Positions 27,283 through 40,780 of a stretch of 64,000 nt of DNA are shown one piece after another. The first letter of the stretch is position 1, and every line of letters begins with the position of its first letter. A model generated the notes under the pieces. That model saw only the letters and a list, made by a program, of their open reading frames with translations. It made no database searches and had not been told where the DNA came from. A program made the translations under genes and the position numbers. Source of the stretch: Lepidodermella squamata (Eukaryota > Animalia > Gastrotricha); contig JBLDXI010000055.1 in assembly GCA_047495785.1 (NCBI GenBank), forward strand, positions 682,001-746,000, given 5' to 3'.

Positions 27283-29626
27283 GGTGAATGATAAATACAA
27301 ATTCACAACCTATGAAGTTTCAAATCGGAGATGAAGTAGTGTTTAGGGTAAGTAACTTGTAACAAATGGATGAGCTAGAGGTAAAAACGAGGAACGAGAT
27401 TGAGAATAGGATTAGGTGAACAAATCAATAATGAATTCCGACCAACCTTTAAAACGCTATAATAAAATCTTGCCTAGTGTGACATCAAGTCAGAGCAACG
27501 ATTGGCAGCTTAGACGATAGTTGAAACTGTCTAATTTTGGATATCGGATGATAAATTTGTTCTCCGGTGTCTTCATTTCGAAGTCAGAAGTCAGAGTGAA
27601 ATAACCTGAAGACAACTTTCATTTCAAGCTTTGGAAATTAAGTACATGCTAATACAATTATTTTGCTGAATTTTTACTGGTAACATGAATCATTGCGAAT
27701 GGAGATTATCTTCATGCTTAAAACACTGAAAACTACATATTTGACTAAGCTTTATTGACTCCTGTAAATAGTTATTTTTCGCTTTAATTTTGAATATACG
27801 CTATCCTAACAAAATGGCAAGGAGCATGGAGCGTAGACCGTGATGACAACAGACTGCGCCTCGACGTTCAAGCTATTGAGCATTAAGCATCTTGATTCGC
27901 TCGAGGCAAGCGGAATCGCAATAGTCGCCAAGTGGTATTAGGCTCTGCTTAATGTGGTGGCAGGTAGCCGGTCAAGCATTCTTCAATGTTCACTGTTCAT
28001 GGCTCAACTTGGCCCCATGTACAACTTTTCTCTTTCAAAATTCAAAGAAAAAAGCTGCAAAATATATGGCTAGAGATTTCGATGATATTCTAGATTCTAC
28101 AGCTTTAATCGACAGGTTAGCGTCAGTGAAAAATAGATAACAAGTTCATTTGTGCCGGTAAGAAAGCCATTTTGGGACACACCGACGTCGCAAAGAATTA
28201 TTTTTTCGAATATAAATTTTATTTTGCGTTGTTGACATTTATAAAATATATTCACTTGTTTATGAATTTCGCCGGAAGATAAAAATTTATGGCTTAATTG
28301 ATTTTTTCAAATAATTTGTTTTGGCGGGGAAATCCGGCCGGGCGGCGGTTGTGTTTAGGGTTTCTCGGCATCTGAGCATCATCACCCTCTCTCGCGGGTC
28401 GACGCAGTTTCGGGCACGTTGCCAAACATTTTCGCAAGAACTATTTGCGCATTGACAATCCGCGCAAACTAATTGCTTCTTCTATTGCCGGGCTGAAGGA
28501 TAAATATTGAAATAAATATTGAATGATTGAGAATTCTTTGGGCACTACTTGCCCGACACATTGAACATGGCTACTTCGAAAAACGAGAACGGCACCTGTA
28601 CTGCTGTTTACGCAAGTCGTACTACGCCGATGTTCATTTGCAAAAAATGCCCAGTGATTTCTGCGTAGCTAGTAGCTAATGCATAATGCGCAATGACCTG
28701 TAAGAAATAAAGCCTGTGTTGCGTTGCCAAAGTAAAGTCTGAAGCCGTAGTAATTGGTTATTGGAGCATCGACAGCTTGCTGCTAGTCGGCCAGGTTTTC
28801 CGCTTCTTGTTACATTCTGGTATTCTTGCATCCTTGTTTCTTGTTTATTCCTGGTCGAAGTTAAATCAACAACATTCTATCTTGTATATTGCTTCCATCT
28901 GTCTTCTCTTTTCAGTTTATTTCTCGCAACTTGCAATTTTAGCTAGAGATATAAAAGCTACGACTTCAGACAGACAAAACGTCTCTGATATACTGTGCTT
29001 TGTATCACTATTTTTTTCTGAAATTCCCTTGAAAGGAATAAGAGTATCAAACGTAATCCTTTCCCAACTCCCAACTTGACTGGCTTCTCTGATCGGATTA
29101 ATGGCTCTGAAGGTTTTCCATGCCATGCTGATGTTCTCATGCGTTCAGATAGAGCAGCTTGTTCAATTTGCAAATCTCATCCTCAGCTACTGAAATGGGC
29201 TAAAGTCGTTCAGCTTGATCTAAATTTCGACTAATACGATGTCTCGGAAAAATGTACAGTGCGAAGCTGTTCGATGTTGTGTTTCGGCCCTAGTGATTAG
29301 TCAATGCAATTCGGAGGTCAGACCCTAGCAATCAAGATTTTGACACGGGTGTCGATTTTGCTCATTACCGTCACTATCGTGCTAGCAATAGGTTTGGAGT
29401 GAGGTTGTTTATGTAACCTGCAATATCGCTGTCATAATTTTTTCCTTGACTCCGAGGCTTAGTATTTAGTCAACGTCATACCGGTGGGTCTTTGTTTCGT
29501 ATCACTAGTTCCCATTGCTCATCAATCAATCAGTATTTCTTTTTACGTACCTCATAAACTATCAACAATTCACTCATTGCAGCTAGGAAATTTTCTTTTT
29601 TTCCGATTTAGATTTGTATAAAACAA

Positions 29627-30942
29627 ATGAGTATCACGCGAAATGCATCTATTAATGCTGGTTTGAAGTTCAGGCCCTATTCAGGGGATTATATTTTGCT
29701 GAAAACGATAGGTAAGGCTATCGGTTTCCTGATCTAATCCTTACAACACTAATTTATTTTATGAAAGGCCGAAGTTCAAGCGGGTCACTGATATTTTTAG
29801 CCAGACATAAACCATCACAGGCATTGGTCAACATCAAATATTTTTCTGTCGACTGTGACCAGGAGTATCTGAACAAATTTATCGTATGTTGATTTCCATT
29901 GAATTTGAATTGAAATGAATTTATTCTTAACAGACGCGTCTTCTCTTGCATCGGCAGCTCCGACACGACAATATCCTGAATTTTTGTTGTTCATTCGTTC
30001 ATAAAGAGCATATATGGACTGTGACGCCGTGTATGCTTTATGGTTCGTTTGTTTTATTTCAAAATTAACCGCATTACATTGATTTCATATGGTCAGGTTC
30101 TTGTTATGACGTCCTTCAGAACTCTCATCCAAATGGGCTCTGTGAACAAGCTGCGCTAATTATACTTACCGGCGTTTTGTCCGCCCTATCTTATCTTCAT
30201 AGCTCCTCGGTTGTACACCGAGGGATCAGTTCACATCAGCTGCTGATCGATTCGAACTACACTGTTAAATTGGCCGGTTTTCAACACGCGGTTTCTTTAC
30301 TTGAAGGAGGCATGCGGCAACGGGCTATTTTCGATATGCCATCTCTGGCAGACCAGCGGCTACTTTATTATTACAGCCCGGAGCTATTGGCACAGCGTAT
30401 GCAGGGTTACAATACTCTTGCTGACATCTACTCGGTGGGGGTTTTGGCTGTCGAGCTCGCCACAGCCAAGCTGCTTTTGGCCGACCAGCATTTGGTGGCT
30501 ATGATGTACACGAAATGTTCATCTGGCGGTAATTATATTGTTATGGCGGAAAAAACGCTGACCGACTGCCCACCGGTGAATGGCCAACCAGCATTCACTC
30601 CTTCTTTCAATCAAATGGTGCTTTCTTGTCTTAATTTTAATATCGAGGATAGGTATTATTGTTTTCTTTAGTTGTTAACATGATTAATTTTTTGAATTTT
30701 TTAGACCAATGGCTGATGAGTTGTTGGACGATCCCTTAATCAAAGTTAATCGTAAAAAGCCTCAACCACTGAGCCAAGTCGTTCAGTTCTCGCCTATAAT
30801 ACAAAATAACGAAAGATTCGCCGAATTGGAACTCGACAGTGGAGCTCATACTGATTTGAAGTTATCCAGTATTGTCGAGGAAGCTAGCGATTGGAATTTC
30901 GGCGATAAATTCGGCAAGGAATTGACTGTTGCAGAATCGTGA
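29627..30942 (+). CDS. STRAD: STE20-related kinase adaptor (STRAD) pseudokinase, 5 exons
   Basis: Kinase fold with HRGISSHQLLI (no catalytic Asp) and KLAGFQ (no DFG). YYSPELLAQRMQGYNTLADIYSVG and a C-terminal DWNF are STRAD-like signatures. Confidence 0.85.
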
Positions 30943-31796
30943 AGTGCTGCATGTCTGAAGCGAACATTTTTGTGCTTACTTGATCTGTTAACAGTCATTT
31001 GGCCGAGCAGCCCTCGGCATTTACTTACACACCTTCCCGAATTTGATTCAACCAATTTATTGAAAAATATGTTTCGTCATTTTCTTATTTCTACGAATAA
31101 AAGAAGAAAAGAAAAGCAGTTTTATCCTATTCTTTTGTGGCTTTCAGTGTCCATCTATTGATTTGGTCAACAGGAACAATATCAGAGGGGGTCAGAGTGC
31201 TGCAGCAAGGCGAAGCTACATCTTTCGAGAATATCTGCAGTCTTTTTCAACCTTCGTTTTTTCCCGAAAAAAGATTAGCAGAGTATTAATCGAATCACTG
31301 GTTGAATATTGGCAGCCTACCTATTTCCAAAGCATACCTGTCCGTATTTTTGGTACCCAACAAATAATCAAATTGTATCAGATTAGTCGATCTCATTGGT
31401 TCATGAAATGTTATCTATCGAGCTCGAGTAAGAAATTCATAAAAAAGAGAGAATTTGACTTATTTCGTCCGCCGAAACTCGTGACTCGAGACTTTCTCTT
31501 ACGTCACTATATCTCGCCGGCAGTATGAAGCACAGTAAGGTGGCTGAGCTCACAAAATCACTCTCAATGCCTGTGAATTATTGATGCCACTAAAAATAAA
31601 ACTCATTTGAAAATAGATGACATTGAGGCAGACGCAGGTCAAGTGCAGGTACGCGTAGGCTGATGGCTGCCCGACTTTTAATTTCACCGCGAAGCTTTTA
31701 GTGTCACGTTGTCATTAAAAATATTAAATCCACGTCTGCCATCACATTCATAGCCAGAATATAGCAAAAATCGAGAAGTTCTTGCGATCGGAAAAT

Positions 31797-32303
31797 ATGG
31801 GAGTGAGGGGTTTGTTTCGGGGATCTAGGCTTAAGAACACCTTAACATCCTCGCCGCGATTCATACGCGGCAGCCGATTTGCGGAGCAGACAACGCCCCT
31901 GATCATATCCGATAGCGATCATCGCTACGAAAAGTTGACGATATCAAGCGCTGGAGATGAGCTCTTCTCGCACTCTGATTGTTCAGCATTCCATCGCGAA
32001 GAAAGCCTCGCCAGTTTTTTGAACGATAATTCGCAAGCGACTGCAAGTCGAATCCCGCTCATCATGTCAATTGTCGCAATTTTTATCCTGATTTGTTTGG
32101 TCTCCGCATTGGGTATCATTTTCGCGAAATCAACGGAGGTTCTAGCGTCGGCTAACAATTCTCCCAATCAAGCCGGCATGCCGCCAATTGACTCGTTAAC
32201 GTGGTCTAGAATCGTTCAATCATCGCATGACCACGATTCACACGCGGCATTTTCGTCATCGGGATTCAGGCTGAAAAGCTTTGAACCGAAAACTTATCGT
32301 TGA
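31797..32303 (+). CDS. Hypothetical intronless single-pass membrane protein
   Basis: 168-aa ORF from the ATG at 31797 with one strong TM segment (LIMSIVAIFILICLVSALGIIF). AATAAA follows the stop. Confidence 0.55.
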   Translation: MGVRGLFRGSRLKNTLTSSPRFIRGSRFAEQTTPLIISDSDHRYEKLTISSAGDELFSHSDCSAFHREESLASFLNDNSQATASRIPLIMSIVAIFILICLVSALGIIFAKSTEVLASANNSPNQAGMPPIDSLTWSRIVQSSHDHDSHAAFSSSGFRLKSFEPKTYR

Positions 32304-35300
32304 AAAAAAATAAAGTTTCGTGCCGAGTACCAAGCACCTAATGTGGTACTTTGTAATTATCCGTGTGTGATTTTTCAATAAAGCATGTGATGTTATTGCC
32401 CACAATGGCGGCGATTATTGTTCTTGGGAGGGTAATTAAGTGGTTGGTACTCATATTGAGTTGACCACTCTATACTTGCTTATCTGTTCATAAAACACGC
32501 GAACGTGCCAACGCGACGAGGCACGCCAAACGCCAGCCCGCGAGCAAACAACGACCGCGCTTGTTTATAATTAAAAAACCGAGCACGCGCTTGAAAGCCG
32601 GTTTAGTCCGCCCCTAATTCTGTCACACAGGCCACGCCGGTTGTCATTCAGTTCCGCAAACGGATTTTCGTCGGCGCCGCTATAAAGTCCGGTTATATTA
32701 CCAATATTATAGGCTTAACGCCTGTTTCGCGTATCGGTTCAATAACGGGCAGCGCGCGCGGTTTTTGACATCTAATTTAAGTTGTGTGCGAGATCAAATC
32801 CGAATCAAACTCGGTTCTTGCGCAATAGGCGATAGAATCCGCGCACCCTCAGTCTAAACATAGACGCACCCTTCGCGGGCTATTAGGGGCCTCTCGCGAG
32901 GAGTGAGCTATATACTACACGTGTGCGATGATAGATCCATGGCCCCGCTGATCGAGACCATAACATATCAACAAGTGGCCACGCTTCAAAACATCATCAA
33001 ATGCTACTGAGCAATCATCGTCGCAATCATATAAATTAATACTAGAGCTATACTGACTTATGCATTATACTGTTGCATTGTTCTGCCAATGGTATACTGT
33101 TGTTGCTTTCGCGCATGATATTTTGGCCTTTCTCTCGATGAGCGTGATCAGATTACAAATCTTTTCAGCAGCTCAACTAAGAGATGATCACTTCGTTGTT
33201 ATATTATTGTTTTTGCCCCTTCCGACCCTTAGCAAAACACCACCCCCACAATATTGCCGGCTTGCGATGATGATTTCGTCTTACTTTCCAAATGGGTGCC
33301 CTCAAGATGCGATTTTGTGTACCAAGCACAAAATCTTAATTTTCGATTATAGCAGTTAATTTATGGAATGAAGAAACATAACACTCGTACATTTTAGTGC
33401 AAATTAACGCAGTGCACTTGATATCCAGGTGCTCTTTATTTTTGTACCTTTTATCGCTTTGAGGGTAAAAAAATCGCTCAGCGGCTGCTAGAGATTTGCT
33501 TGCTAAGAGACTCTCAAAGAAAAATGTTAAATAGCTGTTATAAATGAAGCATCCCTTTATATAGCCTTCTCATCGACCATATTTTTCGATTTCCCACATA
33601 TAATTCGTATAATTCTTAACATGCTAAGCATAGAATGGCCGTCTCAATTGCGTTTTTCGGGTCAATTTGGGTCTTAAGCGATCGTTCCTATTCTCTCATA
33701 GTCGCTTTTCTCGTCTCATCATCAACAAAATCACCGAAATTTCAAGCATTGAATTGTCTTTTTTTCAGCGGACTTTTACGGAGGCATTACATTTAAAATT
33801 TGGAATCCTAATATCGAAAGGTATAACCGAATAAAGAATTCACGTTTTGCGCTTCAGGCGAGGATAAGGCGCTAATTTTGCTGCTAGTGAACCGAATCAA
33901 GTCTAGGTTATTTTGTATGCTTTGCGGTCGCTCATTCGGTATAATTAGCTTCTTCATTTGCGCTCAATCAACGCGCAGCCGAGGATTTTTCAGTTGCGAC
34001 GCGCCTGAGGTAGAGGTATCCTCTGCCTAACGGAATTTCTTTGCCTCATCATCATCGTTATCCCACATGTTATTTGGGCCACGTGGGTCGAGTTTTCTCC
34101 CCGTTTCCTAGGACAACGTTTGCGTTGTTTTGCGTAATGAACAACAAACAAAATCGAATTGGCGGGCGCGCCCAGCGATGGCAATAAATCAGATCAAGCG
34201 TTTCTAATGAGCTGCAATGGGCCTTGCGCGCAAAAACTGCGCGCGAGGTGCATGTCGCGGCACACGCGCCAGCCAAGTGATCATCACGCCGAATGGCGAT
34301 CTGTGTAAACACGGTGTTTCATCGCCAGAAATAAACGCTAATATTGAAATAATAATAAGGCGCAGCTATGACTGGGCTCACCCTCTGGAACCGCGAATAG
34401 CAATTAGCGAAGCGCGTGCTGCTGCTAACCAATTCATAACAGCACTCTCGAAATCCGTTTACGCTGTTTCTCGTTATTGAATATGCGTACCTAGAATCAG
34501 TTCTGCTTCTGACCTTTCGAAGTCAATCGCGCTCTTTCTTATAGGTACAACGTTCGTTTCGTTATCGAACCCGGCCTTGTTCACCTTATAACATAAATGG
34601 GCTAATAATCGAACACGAACATGTTCTGCGATTCGACGGTATGAAGAGAGAAGGGCCATCACTTTGTTTTGTTTACCCTTAAGAATTATGTTTGTTTATG
34701 CAGTATGAAGTCAAGAGGCAGCGATTTACAACCGCAGGAAGATACCTTGGCCTAGCTTATAGCCGAATTTAACGTTATTACCACGATGCCGAGGCCAACG
34801 CATACCGCCTCCGCATCAGGACCAATTGCTTTAGCGAACGGGCCCGCGAGAGAATTTATTATCAGATTTATTATCTCTTGTATTAAGAGTAAGATGATCA
34901 TATATGCTAGCTCGGCTCATCAAGGCTCACGCGCTCTCCTTTTTGTTCAAAAAGACAAATTATCATTTATCAACTTACACAGAGTGTATTATTTGTTTGT
35001 TGTTAAGACCTCGTTTACCTGATGCGAAGAGCCACCACAGCTATATAATATAAATGTATATTTCGCATTATTTTTAGGTACACCTTATACACCGCACAGC
35101 TATTATTATTGAATTATTGAGCGAGAGAGCGCGATTTTATTATCTTGTTGTTTTGACAATGGGAGGGAGACGGTTGCCCCATCGTGAGCTGAAGATGGGT
35201 GAGATCTGAAAATTATAGGTATCTTTATCTCAAAAACCTGATGCGCTATAGATCTTTTTCAATTTCTTACGCTGCCAGTATTATCAACAAGGCGTCGCAT

Positions 35301-36224
35301 TATTTATTATTACTATTATTTTATAATAAACAATGAAACTGTAAAAATTCTCGCGCTCAACTTTATTAATATTACCTACTCAGCACGCCTGTTTTCGGCC
35401 GCTTCGATTTTGCACCACAACATCAACAACGACTGCTGCGATTTTTATTATTTCGTCTTCTGCTTCGCTGATGAACAAATTCATCGCCATCACCTACTAT
35501 CAATGTAGTTTCCTATTTTTTGCCTAGAAAATCAAAATATACAAGCGCCGGTTCTACCTTGGCAACTGCTGCTCGGGCGTTGCGTTATACACGAGCAAAA
35601 AATCCGGCAACCACATAGCGCCGCTCGAAAAAAACACAAACTGCGCGCGGCCGCAAGTTGACCGTGAATCAGGCGTGAATAGGCGCGGTGATGACTAGTG
35701 CTTGTAAATATCAAGATATTAATAGGTGAAAAATAGCTAATACCCGACAAGTAATCATAACCAAGTGCGCTATTCGCCAGGCCAAAACAATGCGCGCGCG
35801 CGCGCGTTGAGTAAAAGGCGAGAAATACCTATATGAGCGCTTGTTTTGATTTTTTGGCAACATTGCGCTGCGATGCGTAACCGCATCTGAATCGTCGAGT
35901 GTTTTGTGCGATGAGTAGCCAAAATGATAATAATGCTACATAATAGCGCGCTAGCCCGCAGATTTTCAGCGTGAAGATTATTCACCGTCCAGCGCGATAG
36001 CCATGAGCGCGCTCCGCCTTTCCACGGGAAACCAGATGTGAAAAGAATTATAAAACAGGCACTTTATTACAAAATAGATACCTAAGATTCTTCCTGGTTT
36101 CATTTGTTCCCACTGTCTAAATATTCGATAATTTTCACCTAGAAAAAAGCTGTTATTTTTTAATAAGGACCTCGGTACAACATGACAACTACCGCCCATT
36201 TTATATCCGCGGCTCTTTTAATAG

Positions 36225-37425
36225 CCACCATATCTGCCGCCCCATCACCTCTGAATGCGAAGCACTCAGGTAAGAATTAGTTAATTGACAAATCACAATC
36301 ATTTTTATCCCTAATTTTTAGATATCGGATGCGTGAGGACATCGACCGGTACTGACTATATAGGCAGTCAAAATGTCTCAAGTTCCGGCCGGCCTTGCGT
36401 TAGGTGGGACTCTTTGGTCGGCGCCTTCCGAGATCACATCAAAATGTTATTTGTTACGATGCCGGAGCGAAGCGCTGCCAAAGCGCAAAACTTTTGCCGA
36501 AACCCGAATTCAGACCAACGTGGCTTGTGGTGCTTTGTCTCTCAATTAGGAACTGTTCAATTTTGCTCTGTGCCGAAATGCGCAACCTTTGGCACGACGA
36601 CGACAACTACACCGTCGGATCATACGCGCCCGGCTCATCGTCAGCGGGGAAATAGTAAATTTACGACAACAACACAGCGAAGCACGGCGTTACTACGGAA
36701 CGATGTAGAATCATCTTGGGCGCAGTCAAGGAATGACCCTGAATACAACAGCATCACCTCGCTAGACGACGAAGATCGCTATGATGTGAACACCCGAGAT
36801 GTTCAAAATGACGAGGCGCCCGATGGTGATACCTTCGCTGATGCTGCTCAACTGTATGGAGACGAAGCTGATCCTTACGATTCGGTAATTTGAATTATTC
36901 AATCCTATGCTAAAAACATTAGGAAGGATAAGGAAATTGTGTAGTATTTGAAATTTAAATGCCAGAAATTAAGATAAGTGCATTTAATTACCTCTTTTTC
37001 AAGCCTGAATCAACTTCATCGACCAGATCGAGGGAAACGAGCCCTCCGGTGATTTTTCTCGAATATCTCGAAATTTCACCATATCTTTTTATTTGCACAT
37101 GAAATCACCGAATCCTATTAAATGAAGAACCGAGGATATGAATATTTTATTTCAATGCTGGTCACTCATCACCTCATTCTAAATACCTCTATTTTCGGAA
37201 GTTGAGCAAGAAATAATTTCGACCTTTTTTCAGAATATTATGGAACAGCGAGCTTCGCAGCAAGGATCGGACGACGATGAATGGCCTCGAAGCCGGGCTT
37301 CCTTGGATTCTGGCGACCCTGTGCTACCGATCAACTTTAGCGAAAACAGCGCAACTCAACAGACTTTTTCGTGTTTGCTATCTGTGACTGTTCTTGTTTT
37401 CTCAGCGGCGTTACTGCTATTGTAG
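36225..37425 (+). CDS. Kringle-domain cell-surface protein with GPI-like C-terminus (5' exon not located)
   Basis: GCVRTSTGTDYIG...SSSGRPCVRWD...NFCRNPNSDQRGLWCFV...CSVPKC is a kringle. It is followed by a T/D-rich stalk, a 45-nt in-frame exon (about 37004-37048) and a hydrophobic C-terminus (CLLSVTVLVFSAALLLL*). Confidence 0.8.
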
Positions 37426-37590
37426 CCGATAATAACTGTGCTCCCATATTTGCCCATTTAGGAGAACGACGCCATTTCTCACTCACCTTTCATTTGGAAA
37501 ATTCATTGTTTCAGTCATCAAATTTTCTTTAAAGACACTCATCGATCAATCAAAGCTCTTTTTACGAATGTGATTTTTGACGGATTTTAT

Positions 37591-37610
37591 GATTGATTGA
37601 TTGATTGATT
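37591..37610. repeat. (GATT)n microsatellite
   Basis: gattgattgattgattgatt in the 3' region of the kringle gene. Confidence 0.8.
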
Positions 37611-39273
37611 GGTGAATGATCTCGTCGCCATAGTTCGGTATAGGATCAAACGGTAAAATTTGAGGAAAAAATGTCTCACCACCTTTGCAAAGTTATAAAT
37701 ATTCATCATCGCACGAGGAAAACATTTGTGCCACCAGACAAGTTTTTAATTATGCAATGATTAAAATGTCCAGTTCTACACACCTTTGTCGCTGTGTTTG
37801 ATCTATAGCTGCTCATCATTGAAGAACCTATTTTGCGCACTCACACAGCCTAAAAAAATTATCTCCACAAACGGGAAAGCTTTTGTTGTATGTCATTTTT
37901 CTGTTCGTTCGTTTTCTCTCGCTACAAAAACATCTCTCGTGTCTCACGTCAACATCAACAAAATATCGGCCGGAAGGAAAAGTTTGTGTTGCCGAAAGCC
38001 ATCGCTATCATCATAATAGTGCTAAGTTTTTATATGATTATCAACATAATTATTACAATTATTATTATATTATTATTATATGATAAGCTTTGTCGCAACA
38101 GAAGTCGAAAAATTTGCAGAAAATAAAAATTGAAAATAACAAATTGCGTTATTTTTTTTCCGGGTTGAGATAAGGTATTATTATTTATTGTTGTTATCGC
38201 AGCAACACCTGTGATCATTGCCGCGCACATTGAGACGGTCCCAATGTAATTGCTATTTAACTAAGGCCAATATAGGTCGCACCGGCGGGTCACACAGCTG
38301 TTGGCTGAGTTAGCGGCTTTCCCACAAAACCGGCAGCAGCAGTACATCCCATCTACGGTTATATTTGAAAACACGCAGGTCCTCGACACCGACAACGAGC
38401 CCGACTCGCTGTCAGCGATGAGAGCTTTGTCGAGTGCAAGACTGGGCCAAATATCAATATTGATGTACCCTATTGTACTGTACCGTTAAATTGTATTGCA
38501 TTATGGTATTATACCGGGTATAACGTACAACGCACAGGGACCAGGCTGGTACCGCAGAAGCCACCAGAAATGAGATAGGGCCCGCACACGCGTTCGGGCA
38601 ACAAAAACATGCGAGTCCCATTTTTGACGCTGTTTATGCGCGACGTTTGTCAACTACCGACTGCGCCCACATATATCAACTATCTGTTTCCCAGCACACT
38701 TAGGGCAACACTTCTGAATACATATAATATACACAGCGACATTCAATTATTTATTACCTACTTCCTACTAACAACATTAACACGTTTAGCGAAAAATAAC
38801 TAGGCAACATGGCTATAAACAAAGATCGGCTTTTTATTGTTAAGGCGTTTCAGCATTCCGCACGCACTTGTCAACGAACGCGGCATAGCGACGCTACATG
38901 CGAGGCGCGCCTCGTTTTTATTACTAACAGCGTAATATGTAGTAGATTATTGCGTTAACGAATCAAGACCTTTTTTATCATGAAAGCGCATCACCATAGA
39001 GAGCCGCGCTGCTACGACAAAACGGCTATATTGATGTCATTTTCAACTACTGGAACGCTAATTATACCATGTTTTTCGGCAAATAACATGTCTTAGGTCT
39101 TACCTAGCCTTTTAAATAATGATATATCGTTTGATCCTTGGGAAAATTTACCTTTACTCTGCCGTCCCCATTCCCCATTTTTCGCTTGTTGCTACAAATG
39201 AGTTTGATTTCCCAATTATTTTTAGGAACGTTGTAGAGCAAATAATAATTTTAATGAATTAAATTTCCAACCT

Positions 39274-40602
39274 ATGGTGCTTAATTACCACTCATCGGAT
39301 GCAAGCGACTTGACTGTGCCCCTGTTGTTCTCGCCTTTCGATTCGTCGTCGCCGGCGGATAGCTTATCGGAATCGCCTTATCCGGAATGCGATTCATCGT
39401 CCGAATCCATAGCGAATCAACAACAACAACTAGATTCGCGTAAACAGCCAGCTCAGGTCATTATTATTGGCGATCCGAAAGTTGGCAAGACTGCGCTAAT
39501 TGTTCGCTTCCTAACTCGCCGATTTATTGGACAGTACAAAAACAACGCAGGTAATAGCTCGAATGAAAGCCTTATACAAATTATGCTTCAATTTTTCTTG
39601 TAGACATGAAATACACATATAGCGCTGACTGTCTTGCCGCTCCGAATTGGGATCGCCAGTCTTTAACAGCTAGCGACAGCGGGATTTTTTCAATATCAAA
39701 ACGCCGGTCATTGATTGTCGAGTTCATAGACATCTCAAATGTAAGATCAATTTAATTTAATTTAATCAATAAAAGCGAAATTAATCACGGGGCCAATATA
39801 CCATGATAGGATCCAGTAAAAATTAGCTTGATTTCATCTATTTAAAAAATCCGTCTTAATTATTAACTTAACTACAAATTTGGTTTAATTTCTAAAATAA
39901 TCCCTGAAGATATGAAGCAAATAACCGAAACGTCGGAATAAACGCGCTAATTTTAGTCAACAATCATCAAATGTAAGATCATCGGTTTTATTAGAAAAAT
40001 TTACGCATATCAACATGCAAAATTTCGTCTAAAAAAATATAGCGATTTTCGTTTACACACGGGTTAAAAGAGGATTGATTTTTTAAACAGGTGAATTATT
40101 ATGATATTATCGTTTAAAATTACAGACGCCGATTGAAGATCACCTGGAGGCGTCGGAGGCTTCCTTCGTTGTAGTCTACAATATTTGTGAGCGGTCGTCG
40201 TTCCTAACTGCAAAGCGGCTCGTTTGGATGATTCGAAAGTTGAAGGAGCCCAGCCGGGTGCCAGTCCTACTAATCGGCAACAAAAAAGACCTGGCCGAAA
40301 CGCATCGGCAGGTCAGCGAAGACGAGTTGGAGAAGCTCGGCCGAGACTGTGACGTTATCGCCGTTGAAACCTCAGCGGCTGGCGATGCGCCTGGCGTGAC
40401 CGCTGCTTTTAATCGATTGCTTATCGAAACGCGGTTGTTTGTCGACGAGCAACAGCGAAGCCGGGCGGAGAGTGATGAGCAGTTCGCTACGGCTGACGAG
40501 TCAGCAACTTCGTCTCGGAGGAAAGCTTCTCTAACTATCTTGTCATCGCTAACACAAATGTTCTCAAACCGGAGGTATCGACGAAAGCCGCGTACCCTAT
40601 AG
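39274..40602 (+). CDS. RERG/RASL11/RASL12-family small GTPase, 3 exons
   Basis: G1 GDPKVGKT followed by [16 protein letters not shown]4 GNKKD, G5 ETSAA. No CAAX box. Confidence 0.85.
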
Positions 40603-40780
40603 CTTATATAAAACCGATATTGTTTACGAATAAATTATAAGTCGAACAATAAATTGCTGATACTTGACATGAATTTGTAAAAAATTTTAAGATGGCGCCG
40701 GGCCAGATGAATATTCCATGCGTTAGTTGAGCTCTAATTTGTTATTTTTTTGGTAATTATATAGATGAGTTATACGTCAG

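Noticed and set aside
34000-34032. TGAGGTAG let-7-like seed in a small hairpin
   Set aside because: The rest does not match let-7 and the hairpin is far too short for a pre-miRNA.
36211-36230. GGCTCTTTTAATAGCCACCA resembles the histone mRNA 3' stem-loop
   Set aside because: The stem has a C/T mismatch, no histone ORF lies upstream, and the sequence doubles as the splice acceptor (ttttaatag) of a kringle-gene exon.
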